A stretch of DNA of 64,000 bases from Syntrophales bacterium (GTDB lineage Bacteria > Desulfobacterota > Syntrophia > Syntrophales > UBA2210), in the NCBI GenBank assembly GCA_963666365.2, contig CAXXNF010000002.1, positions 1,408,001 to 1,472,000 on the forward strand, written 5' to 3'. Positions 58,032 to 64,000 of this stretch are shown one piece after another. Position numbers and translations under genes: made by a program. The notes beneath the pieces were generated by a model that was not told where the DNA came from, did no database searches, and saw nothing but the letters and a program-made list of their open reading frames with translations. The first letter of the stretch is position 1; each line of letters opens with the position of its first letter.

Positions 58032-59639
58032 TTAATTATATTCCCTGGTCTTGAGAAAGGTCACATCGGGCCAGGCTTCCATGCAGCGGTCGAGCCGCCA
58101 TTCGCTGGTGGCAAGATAGGCAAGATGTCCCTCTCCATCAAGGGCAACCATGGTGGTGTTGTCCGCCTCGAACTCCTTGAGACGGGTTCGATCACGGCAG
58201 TCGACCCATCGGGCCATCACGTACCGCACCGGTTCGTACACCGTTTCGGCCCCGTATTCGGCCTTCAGGCGTTCCGCAGTCACATCAAACTGAAGGGCAC
58301 CGACGGCCCCCACTATGTAATCGCTGTTGCCCAGAAGACGAAACACCTGAACGGCCCCTTCCTCGGCAAGCTGTACCAGGCCTTTTTGAAGTTGCTTCGT
58401 CTTCATGGGATTTTTCAGGCGGATTTTTCGAAAATGCTCCGGTGCGAAACTGGGAATACCGGTAAATTTCATGGCTTCCCCTTCGGTGAAGGTATCGCCT
58501 ATCTTTATGGTGCCGTGATTGTGAATGCCGATGATATCCCCGGGATATGCCTCGTCCACGTTGGTCCGGTCCTGGGACATGAAGATCGTGGCATTTGCAA
58601 TGGTAATTTCCTTCCCGATCCGGTGGTGGACCACCTTCATCCCCCGGCTGAAGGTTCCCGAGCAGACCCGCAGAAAGGCGATGCGATCACGATGGGCGGG
58701 ATCCATGTTCGCCTGAATTTTGAAGACAAATCCCGAAAAGGCCTCTTCGTGGGGCGACACGGTTCTCGTCAGGGTGGCTCTCTCCATCGGCCCGGGCGCC
58801 ATCTCCACAAAGGCATCGAGCAGTTCCCGCACTCCGAAATTATTGACGGCGCTCCCGAAAAACAGAGGGGTTTGATTGCCTTTCAGATACTGTGCGATCT
58901 CAAAGGGGTTTGTGGCCCCTTCCAGAAGCGCCATATCGCTCCTCAGCTCATCAGCCTGACTGCCCAGCAACTGATCGAGGCGAGGGTCGGCAAGATCCTT
59001 TATCCTGATACCCTCACGGGGGTGGGTATTTTCTCCGGGCGTAAAAATATGCATCTCCCGAAGATACCGGTTGTAAACTCCCTTGAAGGCCTTTCCCATA
59101 CCCACGGGCCATGAAAGGGGAACGCATTCAATCTGCAGTTTGTCTTCAATGTCGGCGATAAGATCCAGCGGGAAAAGACCGTCCCGGTCCAGTTTATTGA
59201 TAAAGGTGATAATGGGGGTATTGCGCATGCGGCAGACTTCCATGAGCTTTTCCGTTTGAGGTTCCACCCCCTTGCCGCTGTCGATTACCATGAGGGCGCT
59301 GTCGACGGCGGTGAGCACCCGGTAGGTGTCTTCCGAAAAATCCTGGTGGCCCGGCGTGTCGAGCAGGTTGATCTCATAGTTCCGGTAATTGAATTTCATT
59401 ACCGAACTGGTCACCGAGATGCCCCGCTCCTTTTCTATGCTCATCCAGTCGCTGGTCGCATGCCGGGCGGCCTTTCGCGCCCTTACGGCGCCAGCCTGCT
59501 GAATGGCGCCGCCGAAGAGCAGCAGCTTTTCGGTCAATGTCGTTTTCCCGGCATCGGGATGGCTGATAATCCCGAAGGTGCGCCGCCGGCTCACTTCGCT
59601 CTGGTGGTGCCTGTTCACGTACACAATCCCCATACACAA
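58032..59639 (-). CDS. prfC: Peptide chain release factor 3
   Basis: [29 protein letters not shown] and [14 protein letters not shown] motifs; start uncertain. Confidence 0.97.
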   Translation of the reverse strand: MCMGIVYVNRHHQSEVSRRRTFGIISHPDAGKTTLTEKLLLFGGAIQQAGAVRARKAARHATSDWMSIEKERGISVTSSVMKFNYRNYEINLLDTPGHQDFSEDTYRVLTAVDSALMVIDSGKGVEPQTEKLMEVCRMRNTPIITFINKLDRDGLFPLDLIADIEDKLQIECVPLSWPVGMGKAFKGVYNRYLREMHIFTPGENTHPREGIRIKDLADPRLDQLLGSQADELRSDMALLEGATNPFEIAQYLKGNQTPLFFGSAVNNFGVRELLDAFVEMAPGPMERATLTRTVSPHEEAFSGFVFKIQANMDPAHRDRIAFLRVCSGTFSRGMKVVHHRIGKEITIANATIFMSQDRTNVDEAYPGDIIGIHNHGTIKIGDTFTEGEAMKFTGIPSFAPEHFRKIRLKNPMKTKQLQKGLVQLAEEGAVQVFRLLGNSDYIVGAVGALQFDVTAERLKAEYGAETVYEPVRYVMARWVDCRDRTRLKEFEADNTTMVALDGEGHLAYLATSEWRLDRCMEAWPDVTFLKTREYN

Positions 59640-59817
59640 TAATCTTCTCTATGCTCTTCCCGACAGCAGAAACGGTGACACAGGGAAAGCGCGCTTTTTC
59701 GAGGCACGCGCACACGGATGCAGTCGGAAAAAGAAAAGAGCCCTTACCATACCAGGCGAGAATTGTATAGACATTTTTCATGCGCGGTCAGGGTATCCCC
59801 CTTATATCCGCGTCACT

Positions 59818-60387
59818 TCACAGGAATTCCAGTCGATACTGCCGAAGCTCCTGTCGAAGTTTCACCACATCGCCCACATACTGCTCCAGCTCCCGCCAGA
59901 ACTCGACCCCGTGATGCTTCAGACGGGTGTGCACCAGTTCATGGAGGATAACATAATCGACAAGCCGTCCAGGCAGGCGCGCCAGCTTCTCGTTGAGACT
60001 GATAGTATTCCTCGCCGAACAACTTCCCCACCGGGTTTTCTGCGTGCGGATCGTCACCGCGCCATAGTGAAATCCATGCATCCCTGCGAGCGCAGTGAGT
60101 CGCTTGCGCAGCAGCGCCTTCGCCGCATCCCCCGACATCACTTTACACTCCGCCGCACGCGCTTCGCCGCACCTTCGCACCAGGCACGACTTCCGGCGTT
60201 GCCGGTCGATCCAGTCCGTTTTTTCCCGCAGAAAACGTTCCGCCTGACGGATCGAACCCTTCGGAGGAATGGTCACCCTCACCTCTCCCGTCACCGTCAC
60301 CGAAATAGAGAGGCGCCGCGCCCGGGCGCTCTTTCGGAGCCGCACCACGCCTATTTCCGGAATATTCACTATCGTTGATTCTTTCAT
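59818..60387 (-). CDS. YgjP/M48-like metallopeptidase
   Basis: KTRWGSCS; YVILHELVH...H...FW. Confidence 0.9.
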   Translation of the reverse strand: MKESTIVNIPEIGVVRLRKSARARRLSISVTVTGEVRVTIPPKGSIRQAERFLREKTDWIDRQRRKSCLVRRCGEARAAECKVMSGDAAKALLRKRLTALAGMHGFHYGAVTIRTQKTRWGSCSARNTISLNEKLARLPGRLVDYVILHELVHTRLKHHGVEFWRELEQYVGDVVKLRQELRQYRLEFL

Positions 60388-60453
60388 ACTCGCTTCCGGT
60401 GGGGAATTGTGCCATAAAATTATTTTTTAGGGAACACATAAAAAAGAACAAAT

Positions 60454-60566
60454 TTTCGCGCAGAGTCGCAGGGACCAAACAGATTTATCCCGTGAAATGC
60501 GAAGCCTATTTCACCGGGACCAAACAGACCAGACAGACCAAACAGACCAGACAGACCAGACAGACC
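60454..60566. repeat. Composite repeat: CGCAGAG-type unit, hairpin and 9-mer array
   Basis: TTTCGCGCAGAGTCGCAG; CCCGTGAAAT-N9-ATTTCACCGGG; GACCA(A/G)ACA x5. Confidence 0.8.
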
Positions 60567-60640
60567 TTGACGGCATCGTCAATTCGTGTCACATTCCCAA
60601 GCATTGCCTTATACATGCCACAAGACGGGGCCTTTTCACA

Positions 60641-60991
60641 ATGGACGTGGGACCACGGATAAAGAGGGAACTGCACACGGTTGAAACCATGATCGGCATC
60701 AGTTGCCGTGACTGGCATCACCCCGATGAAGGCACCCTGTGCGATGAATGCCGCATCCTGCTTACCTATGCAACGACCCGGTTGACGCGATGCCCCTTTC
60801 AGGAAGACAAGACGACCTGCGCTCAATGCCCCGTGCACTGTTACAAGAAAGACATGCGGGAAAAAATGCGGACCGTCATGCGCTATGCCGGCCCAAAGAT
60901 GCTCTTCCGCCACCCGCTGATGGCGGCGCGTCACATGCTCGATGGCCTGAGGAAAGAACCGGTTTCGAAAATAGAGCCGCCGGAGTATTGA
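60641..60991 (+). CDS. YgbA-like (nitrous oxide-stimulated promoter family) Cys-rich protein
   Basis: RE..TV..MI..C..H...LC.EC..L..YA..RL..CPF...K..C..C..HCY...MRYAGP.M. Confidence 0.88.
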   Translation: MDVGPRIKRELHTVETMIGISCRDWHHPDEGTLCDECRILLTYATTRLTRCPFQEDKTTCAQCPVHCYKKDMREKMRTVMRYAGPKMLFRHPLMAARHMLDGLRKEPVSKIEPPEY

Positions 60992-61013
60992 CAATGTCGT
61001 AAAAAACTGCTCT

Positions 61014-61031
61014 ATGCCGACCGGTCGGCAT
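61014..61031. promoter_or_regulatory. Perfect 18-bp palindrome abutting TATAAT (operator-like)
   Basis: ATGCCGACCGGTCGGCAT followed by TATAAT at 61032-61037. Confidence 0.5.
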
Positions 61032-61084
61032 TATAATGGAACGTAACTCATATTTACGTGAGCAGCGTACCGAAAAAACCAGGG

Positions 61085-61260
61085 TTTCGCGCAGAGGCGC
61101 AGGGGCGCTGAGGAAAAGAAAAAAGAAAAAATAAATAGGCTTTCTCTGCGAGCTCAGCGGCTCTGCGGGAAAACAAAAAAACATGCTCGCGCAGGGGCGC
61201 AGAGAACGCAGGTTATTTATAAGATATAACAAGGCTTTCTTAGCGAGCTCCGCGTCTGCG
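61085..61260. repeat. Two tandem CGCAGAG-type inverted-repeat elements
   Basis: CGCGCAGAGGCGCAGGGGCGCTGAG...CTCTGCGAGCTCAGCGGCTCTGCG; CGCGCAGGGGCGCAGAGAACGCAG...TTAGCGAGCTCCGCGTCTGCG. Confidence 0.75.
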
Positions 61261-61297
61261 GCAGCAAATGAAACAGTCGCTTAATAGTCAAATCGGC

Positions 61298-62464
61298 ATG
61301 AAAAATACGGTCCCCATTATTCTCACATGTCTGGTCCTGATCGCCTGTGCACCTGCGGAGATAGTGCAGGTGACGCGCAGTGCCATTACGGGCGACGCCG
61401 CTTCCGCCGGTCGGCTGGTTGCCCGAAAAGCGGTACGCTATGCCCTGGCGCCTGAAAGGCTCAACAGGGATCTGGAGCGCATGCAAAAAGTGATCGATGC
61501 CTTCAGAAAAGCCGTGGGCGAAGGCTGGGGAAAGGATGAAGCCAGGGAGCCTTCCCCCCGTGAATATGTGAAATATATCCAGAATTACCGCTCACGGGCA
61601 ACTGTTGATTTCACCCACGGGCTTATCACGGTGGAAACCATAGATGAAACGGCGCCGCTGGCAAGCCTGAAAAAGGCCATCGTCACCACGCTTCTGACGC
61701 CGGACGACCCGAGAGCGGTCGACCTCTACTCGGCCCGTTCCGTGACGCTGGGGGAAACGCCCTTTCTGCTGGGCGAGGTCAAGGATTTTGACGGTGAAGA
61801 TATCCGGTGGGCATGGCGGGCGGAGCGCTTCGCCGAGGGACTGATCAAGCGAAACCTCACGCAGAGGACCGTCACGGTCGAAAAGGCGAATCGCACCGTG
61901 TACCGGGTGACGATACCCATGGTCACCGACCACCAGGATGTGCGCATCCGGAAGTATCGCCCCCTCGTGGAGCGGTATGCCGCAGCATACATGCTGGACA
62001 GAAACCTCGTCTATGCCATTATTCACACGGAAAGTGGGTTCAATCCCTATGCGATAAGCCGATCCCAGGCCCTGGGACTCATGCAGATCATGCCTTCGAC
62101 GGCGGGAAGAGACGTCCACCGCCTCTTAGAGGGCCTGGACGGCATTCCTTCAAGGGAATTTCTTCTCAATGCAGCGCACAACATTGAATACGGATGCGCC
62201 TATCTGCGCATCCTCATCTCACGCCATCTCAAGGGAATAGACGATCCTCTGTCGCTGGAGTACTGCACAATCGCCGCCTACAATGCCGGCGCGGGCGAGG
62301 TGCTTCGCACCTTCGACGCCGATCGTAACCGCGCCCCCTTCGTGATCAATGGACTTGCCCCTCTTGAGGTCTACACCCGCATCACCGACGAAATTCCCAA
62401 GGAAGAGGCCCGCCGGTACCTGTCAAAAGTGCTGAACGCGAAAAAGGATTTTGTAAATTTCTGA
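61298..62464 (+). CDS. mltC: Membrane-bound lytic murein transglycosylase C
   Basis: Lipobox LIAC; TESGFNPYA, GLMQ and AYNAG SLT motifs; LLTPDDP..VDLYS. Confidence 0.87.
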   Translation: MKNTVPIILTCLVLIACAPAEIVQVTRSAITGDAASAGRLVARKAVRYALAPERLNRDLERMQKVIDAFRKAVGEGWGKDEAREPSPREYVKYIQNYRSRATVDFTHGLITVETIDETAPLASLKKAIVTTLLTPDDPRAVDLYSARSVTLGETPFLLGEVKDFDGEDIRWAWRAERFAEGLIKRNLTQRTVTVEKANRTVYRVTIPMVTDHQDVRIRKYRPLVERYAAAYMLDRNLVYAIIHTESGFNPYAISRSQALGLMQIMPSTAGRDVHRLLEGLDGIPSREFLLNAAHNIEYGCAYLRILISRHLKGIDDPLSLEYCTIAAYNAGAGEVLRTFDADRNRAPFVINGLAPLEVYTRITDEIPKEEARRYLSKVLNAKKDFVNF

Positions 62465-62485
62465 CCGAAGGCGCCGTGCGTCGCG

Positions 62486-63196
62486 CTATATTCCCTCTAT
62501 CAGCAATCGGGCCAGTTCGTCCGGACGGGAGAGCATCACGTCATGATCCGCATCGATTTCCTGAAGATCCCCACCGAGCTTTGTCGAAAGCGACAGGCAG
62601 AGATCCCTGGGAAATGTCCTGTCACGGGAACAGAGAATATACCGCCGACGGACCGCGATATCCCGTGCCGACAGCCGCGCCGGCTCAAGATAAGGCGCAA
62701 AGGGCTGCGGAGTGAGCAGTTTGAAATACCGGCGGGCCTCCTTTTCGGGCAGGTCGGTAAAGAAACGGGCATAGGCATCGGCGAAGGCAACGCTGATGGT
62801 CCTGTCGTGTGACTGATCGGCCATGTCGAAGTAGCTTGACCGGCGGCTTTCCGGAATGAGATCGATCGCGGCCTCACCCTGGTCAAGGACGAGGGCGGCA
62901 AGAAAGACCACCTCCGTGACTGTCTCGGCGTTATCACGGGCCACTTCGGGAAGGAGCATACCGGCGATTGAATGCCCTACCAGAACGAGACTGTCAAAAT
63001 CCCGCGACTTGAGGAAGCGGTTTGCCGCCGCCGCATAGGCATCGAAGGTCACCGTAAAGCGTGGAGTAGGATCATCGCCGTGCCCGGGAAGGTCGAAGGC
63101 AAACCCCCTGTGTCCCCGTTTTTCGAGTTCGCTGATCAAAGGATTCCAGCACCACGCACCATGCAACCCTCCGTGAATGAAAACGAAGTCCGCCAT
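62486..63196 (-). CDS. Alpha/beta hydrolase (esterase, Abhydrolase_6)
   Basis: FIHGG.HGAWCW, DLPGHG, GHSIAG and DHD motifs. Confidence 0.9.
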   Translation of the reverse strand: MADFVFIHGGLHGAWCWNPLISELEKRGHRGFAFDLPGHGDDPTPRFTVTFDAYAAAANRFLKSRDFDSLVLVGHSIAGMLLPEVARDNAETVTEVVFLAALVLDQGEAAIDLIPESRRSSYFDMADQSHDRTISVAFADAYARFFTDLPEKEARRYFKLLTPQPFAPYLEPARLSARDIAVRRRYILCSRDRTFPRDLCLSLSTKLGGDLQEIDADHDVMLSRPDELARLLIEGI

Positions 63197-63227
63197 AGCA
63201 TCATTATCCTTTCTCTACTGAATATCG

Positions 63228-64000
63228 TTATTCCGCATTCAGAAATTTCCTGATTTCACTGTCACGCGCTTCATTTGGTTGAAAAATTATTGAATAATGG
63301 TCCGTTCCCGTCACGGTGCAGAGGCGCGAATCGGGAATCGCCTCTAACATGGGAACTACAGTTTCGTCGGCAAGGAGTAGATCTTTCGGGCTGAGAAGCC
63401 CCCGATCAGCCCTCAGAATCAATGTGGGACAGAGGACCTGTGAGTAAAATGTGTTGAAATCGACCGTTCGTACATTGGTCGACTCTTCAACAACCATTTC
63501 AGCGGTATGTCGTGTCCTTACCCCCCCGTCGACCGCTTCTATTTCATAGCGGAAATAATTCTCGATGGCCTCCGACCAGGGATGGAAAAAAGGTGATGCC
63601 TTCATGGGCGCCAGGTAGTGCTCCATGGAAGGAAACACCTTTCCCAAACGATCCAGGCTTGTCTGTATCGCTTTTGTAAAGTGTTCGCCATGGTCGGAAG
63701 GCAGCGTTCCGCCGCCATCGATAAGAATGAGTCGCTCTACTCTGTCGGAATGACGGGCGGCAAAGACAAGCGAAATAAAGGCGCCCAGCGAATGACCCAT
63801 CATGACCACGCGATTGATTTCCAGTGCATCGAGCACATTCAGGATGTCCCGCACATGATGATCCATTGAATATCCTGTGTCCGGCTTATCCGACAATCCC
63901 CGTCCACGGAGATCCATCGCGATAATTCGGTAATCCGGCACGAGCGATTCGGCAATCACATCCCAGCATCGACAATTGGCGGTCAATCCATGCACACAGA
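63228..64000 (-). CDS. Alpha/beta hydrolase (start lies beyond the window end)
   Basis: HGLTAN, DLRGRG.S, GHSLG and C-terminal DHY motifs. Confidence 0.88.
   Translation of the reverse strand, partial: CVHGLTANCRCWDVIAESLVPDYRIIAMDLRGRGLSDKPDTGYSMDHHVRDILNVLDALEINRVVMMGHSLGAFISLVFAARHSDRVERLILIDGGGTLPSDHGEHFTKAIQTSLDRLGKVFPSMEHYLAPMKASPFFHPWSEAIENYFRYEIEAVDGGVRTRHTAEMVVEESTNVRTVDFNTFYSQVLCPTLILRADRGLLSPKDLLLADETVVPMLEAIPDSRLCTVTGTDHYSIIFQPNEARDSEIRKFLNAE

Noticed and set aside
60497..60640. DQT-repeat N-terminal extension of the YgbA-like ORF
   Set aside because: It is just the translated 9-mer array; family similarity starts at ATG 60641.

Overview
Bacterial chromosomal window. Gene content and the repeat types suggest an anaerobic deltaproteobacterium (Syntrophales/Desulfobacterota-like; inferred, not proven). 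1-6 kb: mrdA(partial)-mreD-mreC-mreB, a PpiD-like chaperone and elbB. 6-41 kb: a large motility island with a sigma54 activator, a c-di-GMP module (HD-GYP, PilZ), HDOD and a histidine kinase, a full chemotaxis operon, a flagellin-glycosylation cluster (aminotransferase, acyltransferase, AsnB, radical SAM, two TPR glycosyltransferases) and fliC-fliD-fliS-fliT-like genes. Five sigma28 and four sigma54 promoter motifs are readable across this island. 41-64 kb: a patchwork of accessory enzymes plus prfC and mltC, with many small palindromic and 9-mer repeats between genes. No rRNA, tRNA, CRISPR array or transposase was seen. The strongest novelty candidates are: (1) 96-bp hairpin-armed repeat elements that bracket a secreted propeller-dockerin gene in inverted orientation and overlap the stop codons of four neighbouring genes, resembling a gene-cassette system; (2) an IorA-like TPP enzyme with a Tat signal and no Fe-S ligands; (3) a HisF paralog that has lost its HisH-interface residues and sits next to a nitrilase; (4) a CheA carrying a MshEN-like c-di-GMP-binding tandem motif. 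All family calls come from motif recognition by eye, not from database searches.
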